NCBI GenBank assembly: GCA_051892935.1
Contig: JBJFGS010000041.1
Span: forward strand, 1-35,231
Origin: Candidatus Coprovivens sp.
Lineage (GTDB): Bacteria; Bacillota_I; Bacilli_A; RF39; UBA660
Direction: 5' to 3'
Length of the DNA stretch: 35,231 nt
Part shown: positions 18,288-26,022 of the stretch, piece after piece
Layout of the letters: the number at the start of each line of letters is the position of its first letter
Numbering within the stretch: position 1 is the first letter of the stretch
The notes under the pieces: model-generated
Told to the model about the DNA's origin: nothing
Seen by the model: the letters and a program-made list of their open reading frames with translations, nothing else
Database searches by the model: none
Made by a program: the position numbers and the translations under genes

Positions 18288-18525
18288 CTCCCTTCATATT
18301 TTTGCTTCTAGATTCTAAATAATCAATATCTATATTTAAATACTTTACGACTTCTTGCATTGGTACAGCGTTCTTTGGAACATAATATCCTTTGCTTTCT
18401 AAGTCGTTTTTAATTTTACTTTTAATAGCTAGTGCTGAATTTCTTCCTATATTTGCTAGTTTCATTAAATCTGATAAATTGCACCATTGTTGTGCAATTA
18501 ATTTTAAAGTTTCATCTACGGTCAT
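18271..18525 (-). CDS. Small DNA-binding protein, putative excisionase (Xis-like)
   Basis: 84 aa; HTH-like WCNLSDLMKLANIGRNSA; GGAGGTG RBS; lies in the repressed leftward operon. Confidence 0.55.
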   Translation of the reverse strand: MTVDETLKLIAQQWCNLSDLMKLANIGRNSALAIKSKIKNDLESKGYYVPKNAVPMQEVVKYLNIDIDYLESRSKNMKGDVKLA

Positions 18526-18537
18526 ATTACACCTCCT

Positions 18538-18861
18538 TTATCTTTCTAATTCTTTTAATTTTTTATGTTCTAAATCAACTAAATTCTTAAATTCATCAGT
18601 TGGTTGTACTGAAACATGAAGACCAAGATATGAATCTTTATCTACACATTCTTCTAAATTATAAAAATGTGCATAATCATATTTTTCTAATTCTTTAGAA
18701 CTATTAATAGTTTCTTCTCTAGTATTTTTGTCTATTAATAATCTTCTAAGTGATTTAGTTAAGTCATAACAGATTAAACAATATAATCCTTTAGCACTTA
18801 ATGATAAATCTGGATTATCTAAAACATCTTTTCTTACTAAAGTGAAATATTTTTGATCCAT
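18538..18861 (-). CDS. Small protein with replication-initiator-like N-terminal HTH
   Basis: FTLV...VL.NPDLSLSAKGLYCLI resembles the N-terminus of phage/ICE replisome-organiser HTH proteins; strong AAGGAGGT RBS. Confidence 0.6.
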   Translation of the reverse strand: MDQKYFTLVRKDVLDNPDLSLSAKGLYCLICYDLTKSLRRLLIDKNTREETINSSKELEKYDYAHFYNLEECVDKDSYLGLHVSVQPTDEFKNLVDLEHKKLKELER

Positions 18862-19020
18862 TTTTAATACCTCCTTTACTTACTTCAAAAGGGTAGAGTT
18901 CTCCCTGGGTAATTGTCCTTTGTGAAATTTTAGTTATTTCATAACTCCCGTGCCAATAGGGTTATTTCTGCCTTGCATTTTTTTACTTAATGGCATAACG
19001 GCGATTTCCACTAAGACTAA

Positions 19021-19033
19021 ATTTTCAAAGAAC
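19021..19033 (-). promoter_or_regulatory. boxA-like antitermination sequence in the leftward operon leader
   Basis: Minus strand reads GTTCTTTGAAAAT, resembling the Bacillota rrn boxA, ~40 nt downstream of the predicted transcription start. Confidence 0.5.
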
Positions 19034-19054
19034 AAATTTAACTAAATATATCAC

Positions 19055-19130
19055 GTCCGATATATCAGTCAATTAAATAATAACACTGTCCGGAAAACTT
19101 GTCAATACTTTTTTGTCCGAAAATATAGAC
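19055..19130. promoter_or_regulatory. Divergent control region: leftward promoter with three putative repressor operators
   Basis: Minus-strand TTGACA(19105-19100)-17-TATTAT(19082-19077). 16-bp boxes GTCCGATATATCAGTC (19055), GTCCGGAAAACTTGTC (19088) and GTCCGAAAATATAGAC (19115). Confidence 0.7.
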
Positions 19131-19194
19131 AAATTAAATTTTAAATGATAAAATGGATTTATAAAGGAATAATTAGGAAGAAAGTAGGGATGAT

Positions 19195-19713
19195 ATGAAT
19201 TCTGAAAAACTACAAAATTTAATATTAACTGCGATAGAAAAAAAGAAAATTTCTCAAAGAGAACTTGCAAAATTAACTGGAATAAGTAGAAGTACATTAA
19301 ACGATATACTTAATGGTAAAATAAAAAAGATCAAATTAGATGATCTTTATCAAATTTCAATTCCATTAGAATTAAATTTAGAAAATTTACTTGAAGCTTG
19401 TGGTTTTAATAGTGTTTTAAAATCATTAAGTACAGATAGATATGCAGGAATGTCGGATAGACAATTAAAAGAAAAATTGGATGAATATCAACAATCTGAA
19501 TTAAGTTTGTTAGATTGGGATGCACAAAAGAGAAAAAAATCTAATGAAGTAGGTAAAAGACTTTTTGATATTCAAAATAAAATCGAAATGTCTGAACAAT
19601 TAAATAAGAATTATACTAAAAAAGAAATAGCTGAAGATATAAAAGAAGTAATTGAAGAATTGAAACCATTACAACAAAAATATGATTATTCTCAATTACC
19701 AAGAAATAAGTAG
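19195..19713 (+). CDS. XRE/Cro-CI family HTH transcriptional repressor
   Basis: ISQRELAKLTGISRSTLNDILNG HTH; divergent from the xis/rep/mob operon. Confidence 0.9.
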   Translation: MNSEKLQNLILTAIEKKKISQRELAKLTGISRSTLNDILNGKIKKIKLDDLYQISIPLELNLENLLEACGFNSVLKSLSTDRYAGMSDRQLKEKLDEYQQSELSLLDWDAQKRKKSNEVGKRLFDIQNKIEMSEQLNKNYTKKEIAEDIKEVIEELKPLQQKYDYSQLPRNK

Positions 19714-19724
19714 GAGGTAAAATA

Positions 19725-21410
19725 ATGGCTAATAAGTTAGAGTTGACTTGGGTAGGGAAAAATGAACTTAAAAATATAGAACCTAGAATTTTAATTGAAG
19801 ATAAATCAAAATCTTATGGTGAAAGAAACACTGATAATATGTTAATTCATGGAGATAATCTTTTAGCTTTGAAAGCGTTAGAAAAAGATTATGCTGGAAA
19901 AATCAAGTGCATATATATAGATCCTCCATATAATACTGGTTCTGCATTTGAACATTATGATGATAATTTGGAACATAGTATATGGCTTAATTTAATGAAA
20001 GAAAGACTAAATATACTAAATAATTTATTATGTAACAATGGAGTAATTTGTGTGGAGTGCGATGATAATGAAATGGCTTATTTGAAAATATTGTGTGATG
20101 AAATTTTTGGAAGAAAAAATTTTTTGAATATGTTAGTTATAGAAACTGGCGAGGTATTTGGGACAAAAGCTGCACATATTAATAAAACTTTTGTTAAAGT
20201 TAAAGACTATATTTTGGTTTATGTAAAAAATAAAAATCAGGAATTTAGAATTAAACCTTTATGGACTAAAACAAACGAGGTTTTTGATACACATTTTAGT
20301 AACTATATAGAAAATAATCATAGACAAAGTTTGATTTCTTTTTTGTTAGAAAAAGACTGGATAAATAAAATATATGAAAAATATAATCAAAAAAAAACAT
20401 TAAACAATTTATCAATGTTAATGAATTTTGAGCCTGAATTAAAAAGGTATATATGTGAAGAAATATCATCAAATATATATCAAGATCAACCCTTCACTCA
20501 AAAAATACCAGAAGAAATAGTTGAAAAATTAAAAAGTGTTAGTATTGTTGAGTATAATAGTTTTTTATTATTTATGACATCATCTGGAAGTGTAAGATAT
20601 TATAAACCTTTTTCTGATACTCTTAAAATAACTGATGATTATATTAATGAATATACACGTTCTACTGCAAGAGGAGATTTATGGAAAAATTATCATATAG
20701 ATATGAGAAATATTGATGATGAAGGCTCTGTAAAATTTAAAGCAAGTAAAAAACCAGAAAGATTAATAAGAGATATTATTTATTCATTTTCCAACGAAGG
20801 TGATATAATTTTAGATTCGTTTTTAGGAAGTGGAACAACTGCAGCTGTAGCTCATAAAATGAATCGTAAGTGGATTGGAATTGAAATGGGTGAACATTGT
20901 TATAGTCATTGTATTCCAAGATTAAATTCTGTTATTGATGGTAAAGATTTTGGGGGAATTACTAAGAATATAGGATGGAAAGGTGGAGGAGGTTATAAAT
21001 TTTATGAATTAGCTCCTTCACTTATTGAAAAAGATGCGTTCGAACAAGAAATAATTAATCCAAAGTATGATGAGAAAATGCTGAGTGAAGCAGTAGCATT
21101 GCATGAAGGATTTGATTATGAACCATCAAATGAATATTATTGGAAACAATCAAAAGGTAATGAAAAAAGTTATTTATATGTTACTATAAAGTTTGTTGGA
21201 GAAGCTACATTGGATAATATTAAGTCTGAATTAAAAGAAGATGAATATTTAATAATTGCTTGTACATCATATGATGAAAATATCGAACATAAATATAAAA
21301 ATATTAAGATAAAAAAGATACCAGAGATGCTTTTAAGTCAGTGTGAATATGGAGTAGATAATTATGACCTAAATGTAGTTGAAGAAGAGGAGGTTTATGA
21401 AGATGAGTGA
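19725..21410 (+). CDS. mod: Type III restriction-modification methyltransferase (N6-adenine, beta class)
   Basis: LIHGDNLLALKAL, catalytic IYIDPPYNTG, central TRD, KKPERL, SAM-binding DSFLGSGTT; AGGAGGT RBS. Confidence 0.95.
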   Translation: MANKLELTWVGKNELKNIEPRILIEDKSKSYGERNTDNMLIHGDNLLALKALEKDYAGKIKCIYIDPPYNTGSAFEHYDDNLEHSIWLNLMKERLNILNNLLCNNGVICVECDDNEMAYLKILCDEIFGRKNFLNMLVIETGEVFGTKAAHINKTFVKVKDYILVYVKNKNQEFRIKPLWTKTNEVFDTHFSNYIENNHRQSLISFLLEKDWINKIYEKYNQKKTLNNLSMLMNFEPELKRYICEEISSNIYQDQPFTQKIPEEIVEKLKSVSIVEYNSFLLFMTSSGSVRYYKPFSDTLKITDDYINEYTRSTARGDLWKNYHIDMRNIDDEGSVKFKASKKPERLIRDIIYSFSNEGDIILDSFLGSGTTAAVAHKMNRKWIGIEMGEHCYSHCIPRLNSVIDGKDFGGITKNIGWKGGGGYKFYELAPSLIEKDAFEQEIINPKYDEKMLSEAVALHEGFDYEPSNEYYWKQSKGNEKSYLYVTIKFVGEATLDNIKSELKEDEYLIIACTSYDENIEHKYKNIKIKKIPEMLLSQCEYGVDNYDLNVVEEEEVYEDE

Positions 21411-24057
21411 TAAGTACATTCAATATGATATTGATTATATTTCAGGAGTTATGTCTTTGAGAGAACCGCAAAGGAAATCTTTGGAAATATTAGATGATAT
21501 TATGAAAAATTCTGATATTAGAAAAGATAGTAAAGAACAAGTTCTTGAATATATAAATAGTAAATATCCTATTTGTACAGATTTTGAAAGAAATTTTATA
21601 TCATTAACTTTTGCCTTAGCTACTGGAGTAGGAAAAACTAGATTAATGGGGACATTTATTACATATTTGTATACAAATCATAATATTAAGAATTTTTTAG
21701 TAGTTGCTCCAAATACTACAATTTATGAAAAATTAAAAATGGATTTAGGTGGTGTAGGAAGTAGTAAATATGTATTCAATGGTCTAGGGTGTTTTAATAC
21801 TCCTCCAAGAATAATTACAGACGATAATTATGCTTATTATCGTAATGATATTTTTAATTCAGATGTAAACATTTTTATATATAATATTAGTAAATTCGAC
21901 AAAGATAATACAAAAATGAAAGCATTTAATGAAACTCTTGGAATGTCATTTTATGATTTGTTAGCTGAAATGAAAGATTTAGTTATCATTATGGATGAAT
22001 CTCATCACTATAGAGCAGATAAAGGAATGACAGCAATAAATGAGTTAAAGCCTGTTATTGGTTTAGAACTTACTGCTACTCCAATAGTAAATTCTGGCAG
22101 CAAACAAATTCCTTTTAAAAATGTTGTATTTGATTATCCTCTTGGGAAAGCAATTAGTGATGGTTATACAAGAGTTCCTTATGCTGTAACTAGAACTGAT
22201 ATAAATTTTCATGATTTTGGCGAAGAAGCAATAGATAAATTGATGTTAAATGATGGAATTATTTGCCATAAACTTATAAAGGAAAAATTAAGAAACTATG
22301 CATTTATAAATAATAAAAGACCAGTAAAACCATTTATGATGGTTGTATGTAAAGATATAAATCATGCTATGACAGTTGAGAAATATATCAAGTCAGATAG
22401 TTTTGAAAATGGTTTTTATGCTAATAAAACAATTATTATAAATTCGAAAATGTCTGGTGCTGAATCAGAAATGAATACTAAAGCCTTATTAAGTGTGGAA
22501 GATTATAATAATCCAATTGAAATTGTTATACATGTTAATATGTTAAAAGAGGGTTGGGACGTTAATAATCTATATACAATTGTTCCTTTAAGAACTGCTA
22601 CATCAAAAATATTACGAGAGCAAATGGTAGGAAGAGGATTAAGATTACCTTATGGTGAAAGAACAGGAGAAAAAGAAATTGATTCTGTTATGTTAACTGC
22701 TCATGATAAATTTGCAGATATATTAGAAGAAGCTTCACGAGGAGATTCAATTTTCAATAAACAAAATATTATTGATTTAAATGAATTAGAAAATAATAAG
22801 GTTGTTGTAACCCAACTTAATTTAGAGTTTTCAAATAACGATGAATTAAGTAACATAATTCAATCTCCTGACCAAAATGTTAAAAATAAATTTAGTAATG
22901 ATTTATTTTCTATAATGGTTAAAGAAGTAGAAAAACATATATATAGTAATCCGAGTGATGACACAATTACTAATGAAAAGAAAGAAGAAATTAAAAATAA
23001 TATTGAAAATGAAATAAAAAATAATTTGGATTATGGAGTTATATATGAGGCAAATAAAGAACCACTTGAGCAATGGATAAAAGATAATATTGTATCTACA
23101 CATGAAAAAGTAGTAGAAAAGTATATAATGATACCACGAATTAAGACAGAAAAAGAGGATGGAGAATATTATTTCGAAGATTTTGATTTAGATCTTACAA
23201 ATTTTAATAAAAAACCAATTGAAAATGATTTGTTAATAAGAAATTTAATTAATTCATCTGATGAAGAAGTTATTAAAGCTGGATATATTAATTTTGAAGC
23301 TACAAATCCAGGAAAGTTAATTGTTGAACAACTTAGAAAAAGACCTGAAATTAATTATGAAGAAAATAGTCAATTAATCAATAAGCTAGTAATGCAAGTA
23401 ATTAAACATTATGAAGAAGAATTTGATAATGAAAGTATGAAAAATATTGTTATGATGTATAAACAAGAAACAGCAAAAGAAATTTATACTCAAATGATGA
23501 AACACTTTGTAAGAAATGAAGGCATATTAAAAGAAGAAGTATTCTATGATAGAAAATATAATTTAAAAACTGAATATACTTATAATATTATAAAAAATAT
23601 TTTTGAATTATATACATCAGATAGAGATGGTAAGATTACAAGTATATTGTTTGATGGAATAGAAAATGGTGTATTTAGTGAAGCAAAATTTGATAGTGAG
23701 CCAGAGTTATTATTAGCACGTCAATTAGAACGAGAAAAGGATTATGTAGAAACGTGGTTGAGACCAAATATAAATGAATTTAGTATTACATATAATTATG
23801 GAAAAAAATATGAACCTGATTTTGTCGTTGAAACAGAAAAATATATTTATTTAGTTGAGGTTAAAGCTGATAATCAAATGGATAATGATGATGTAATTGC
23901 TAAAATGAGAGAAGCTATTAAGTATTGTAAAACTGTTTCCGAATATAATGGTATTCTTAACATAAAAAAATGGAAATATGTTTTAATACCAGCTACTAAA
24001 ATAACCCAAAATTCAACTTTCAAAAATTTAGTAGATCAATATACGATGGAAGAGTAA
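21403..24057 (+). CDS. res: Type III restriction endonuclease subunit (SF2 helicase + PD-(D/E)xK nuclease)
   Basis: LATGVGKT, DESHH, LTATP, LKEGWD, QMVGRGLRL and C-terminal YEPDFVV...LVEVK. Start ATG21403 overlaps the mod stop. Confidence 0.93.
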   Translation: MSDKYIQYDIDYISGVMSLREPQRKSLEILDDIMKNSDIRKDSKEQVLEYINSKYPICTDFERNFISLTFALATGVGKTRLMGTFITYLYTNHNIKNFLVVAPNTTIYEKLKMDLGGVGSSKYVFNGLGCFNTPPRIITDDNYAYYRNDIFNSDVNIFIYNISKFDKDNTKMKAFNETLGMSFYDLLAEMKDLVIIMDESHHYRADKGMTAINELKPVIGLELTATPIVNSGSKQIPFKNVVFDYPLGKAISDGYTRVPYAVTRTDINFHDFGEEAIDKLMLNDGIICHKLIKEKLRNYAFINNKRPVKPFMMVVCKDINHAMTVEKYIKSDSFENGFYANKTIIINSKMSGAESEMNTKALLSVEDYNNPIEIVIHVNMLKEGWDVNNLYTIVPLRTATSKILREQMVGRGLRLPYGERTGEKEIDSVMLTAHDKFADILEEASRGDSIFNKQNIIDLNELENNKVVVTQLNLEFSNNDELSNIIQSPDQNVKNKFSNDLFSIMVKEVEKHIYSNPSDDTITNEKKEEIKNNIENEIKNNLDYGVIYEANKEPLEQWIKDNIVSTHEKVVEKYIMIPRIKTEKEDGEYYFEDFDLDLTNFNKKPIENDLLIRNLINSSDEEVIKAGYINFEATNPGKLIVEQLRKRPEINYEENSQLINKLVMQVIKHYEEEFDNESMKNIVMMYKQETAKEIYTQMMKHFVRNEGILKEEVFYDRKYNLKTEYTYNIIKNIFELYTSDRDGKITSILFDGIENGVFSEAKFDSEPELLLARQLEREKDYVETWLRPNINEFSITYNYGKKYEPDFVVETEKYIYLVEVKADNQMDNDDVIAKMREAIKYCKTVSEYNGILNIKKWKYVLIPATKITQNSTFKNLVDQYTMEE

Positions 24058-24124
24058 TAAAATTTCAGAATAGTTGTGTGATGATAGAATTTTTAAGAAA
24101 ATATAAAAAAATGTATATGGTTTT

Positions 24125-24173
24125 AAAGTGCAATATTTTTAATTTCAAAGTGCAATTTTTGCACTTTGAAATT
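24125..24173. repeat. Operator-like site upstream of fic2: half-site plus palindrome
   Basis: AAAGTGCAAT at 24125, then 22 bp later AAAGTGCAA-TTT-TTGCACTTT (perfect 15-bp arms 24141-24173); abuts TTGTTT-17-TATACT promoter (24172-24200). Confidence 0.85.
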
Positions 24174-24222
24174 GTTTTTTTTATTAAAATGTGGTATACT
24201 ATTAACAGTTAGGAGCTTTGAT

Positions 24223-25281
24223 ATGAATAAAAAAGAAAAATGGAATTTAGAATTATCAAAATATATAATACAAGGAGAACCTAGTCGTGTTGAAAAAACA
24301 AAAACTTGGGGAACTGCAATTGGATTACAAGAAGTAGATGGGTTAAAACCTTCTGAATATTTAATTGAAACTGCAAAAGAACATATTGAAGGCAATATAG
24401 ATTTAAAAGAAGTTGAAAATAGAATAAATAACTATTATAAAGTATTAGATAATAGAAAAGCAGAAGAAGTAGAGAATAGTGAAGAAGCAGATAAAGTGGC
24501 TGTTAGAATTACAGAATTACTTTCTGAAAAATCATTTAATTTTAATCCAACTGAGTTAATAAATATTCATAAAAGATTATTTTCAGGAGTATATAAACAC
24601 GCAGGTAAAATAAGAGAATATAATTTTTCAAAAGAAGAATGGATTTTAAATGATGATACTGTTGTTTATGCTCCATATGAAACAATATTACCAGCCTTAC
24701 AATATGATTTTGAAAAAGAAAAAGAATTTTCTTATAAAGACTTATCATTAGAGGATTCAATAAAACATTTATGTCGTTTTACATCAGATATCTGGCAAGT
24801 TCATCCATTCTGTGAAGGCAATACAAGAACAACAGCAGTATTTATTATTAAATATTTAAGAACATTTGGATTTGATATAAATGATGATGTTTTTGCAGAA
24901 CATTCATGGTATTTTAGAAATTCATTAGTTAGAGCTAATTACAAAAATTTTGAAAAAAATATTTTTGAGGATATATCATTTCTAGAAAAATTCTTTTATA
25001 ATTTATTAGCAAATGCTAATTTTGAGTTAAGAAATAGATTTACTCATATTGATTATGAACAAAGTGCAATCCAAGAAATTTTAAAGTGCAATGATTGCAC
25101 TTTAGAAGAACAAGCAATAATAAATGTAATTAAGGTTAATCCTAGTATTAAACAAGAAGAAATAGCTAAAGTGATTAATAAATCTTTAAGAACAGTTAAA
25201 ACAAGAATGATTGAAATGCAAGAAAAAGGTCTTATTGCTAGAAAAAATGGAAAGCGTAATGGTGAATGGGTAATTTTATAA
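24223..25281 (+). CDS. Fic-domain protein with N-terminal VbhA-like antitoxin domain and C-terminal HTH
   Basis: TAIGLQEVDGLKPSEYL VbhA-like N-terminus, Fic motif HPFCEGNTRTT, C-terminal wHTH (PSIKQEEIAKVINKSLRTVK...GEW). ATG24223 with AGGAG RBS. Confidence 0.9.
   Translation: MNKKEKWNLELSKYIIQGEPSRVEKTKTWGTAIGLQEVDGLKPSEYLIETAKEHIEGNIDLKEVENRINNYYKVLDNRKAEEVENSEEADKVAVRITELLSEKSFNFNPTELINIHKRLFSGVYKHAGKIREYNFSKEEWILNDDTVVYAPYETILPALQYDFEKEKEFSYKDLSLEDSIKHLCRFTSDIWQVHPFCEGNTRTTAVFIIKYLRTFGFDINDDVFAEHSWYFRNSLVRANYKNFEKNIFEDISFLEKFFYNLLANANFELRNRFTHIDYEQSAIQEILKCNDCTLEEQAIINVIKVNPSIKQEEIAKVINKSLRTVKTRMIEMQEKGLIARKNGKRNGEWVIL
25061..25104. repeat. Intragenic copy of the fic2 upstream site
   Basis: AAAGTGCAAT at 25061, then 22 bp later AAAGTGCAA-TGA-TTGCACTTT; lies in the Fic/HTH linker. 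Confidence 0.85.
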
Positions 25282-25296
25282 AAATGAGGTGTTAAA

Positions 25297-25959
25297 ATGA
25301 ATGACAATATAGTAGGTAAAATTTACATATTAACAAATCCATCTTTCCCAGATTATGTTAAGATTGGATATTCAAAGAATGTTGAAAATAGATTAAATCA
25401 ATTAAATAATTCTGAAGCAGTTCCTTTTGCCTTTAGATTATATGCTACTTATGATGTAGAAACACAATCTGCAGATAAAGTTTTACATAAAATAATAGAT
25501 AAATTAAATGCTGATTTAAGAAGTATAGATACAGTTAATAATAAATTAAGAGTAAGAGAATTTTATTTGATATCTCCAGAAGATGCTTATGAATTATTAG
25601 AAGATATTGCTATTATTAGTGGTACTAAAGAAAGACTTCATTTATATAAACCAACTAAGGAAGAAGTTATTGAAGAAGAAACTGCAGAAAAGAATAGAGA
25701 ATTAGCTAAGAATAGGCATCATTTTAAAGATATTAGATTTAAATCTAGTTTAACCAATAAAAATTATTATTCTAGAACAAAAGATGATGGAACTTTAGGA
25801 ATATATGAAGAAGATACAAATGAAGAAGTTTCTAATAATAGTAATCCATCAAAGAAACAAATTTTATTACAAGCTGTTAAAGATTTAAATGTAGAAGTAG
25901 AGAGTAATATTACTTTATATCAATTACAACATAGATTAGAAAAATTGATTAATAAATAA
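25297..25959 (+). CDS. GIY-YIG nuclease family protein (T5orf172-type domain)
   Basis: GKIYILTNPSFPDYVKIGY...RL.QLN...PF.F...REFY pattern; GAGGTG RBS. Confidence 0.85.
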   Translation: MNDNIVGKIYILTNPSFPDYVKIGYSKNVENRLNQLNNSEAVPFAFRLYATYDVETQSADKVLHKIIDKLNADLRSIDTVNNKLRVREFYLISPEDAYELLEDIAIISGTKERLHLYKPTKEEVIEEETAEKNRELAKNRHHFKDIRFKSSLTNKNYYSRTKDDGTLGIYEEDTNEEVSNNSNPSKKQILLQAVKDLNVEVESNITLYQLQHRLEKLINK

Positions 25960-26022
25960 TCATATATAGATATAATGTCATAACGTCATTGTATATAATG
26001 ATATATTTGTAGGAGGATTTAT

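Noticed and set aside
15379-19297. Small overlapping ORFs (15379, 16048, 16247, 16251, 18070, 18392, 19073)
   Set aside because: They overlap well-supported genes or the control region on the opposite strand or frame, with biased composition and no RBS.
13209-19713. Prophage or phage satellite interpretation
   Set aside because: No structural, terminase, primase or lysis genes; a MobV relaxase favours an integrative mobilizable element.
20389-20397. A9 tract in mod as a phase-variation switch
   Set aside because: Such runs are common in this AT-rich DNA, the ORF is intact, and no tetranucleotide or poly-G repeat typical of phasevarions is present.
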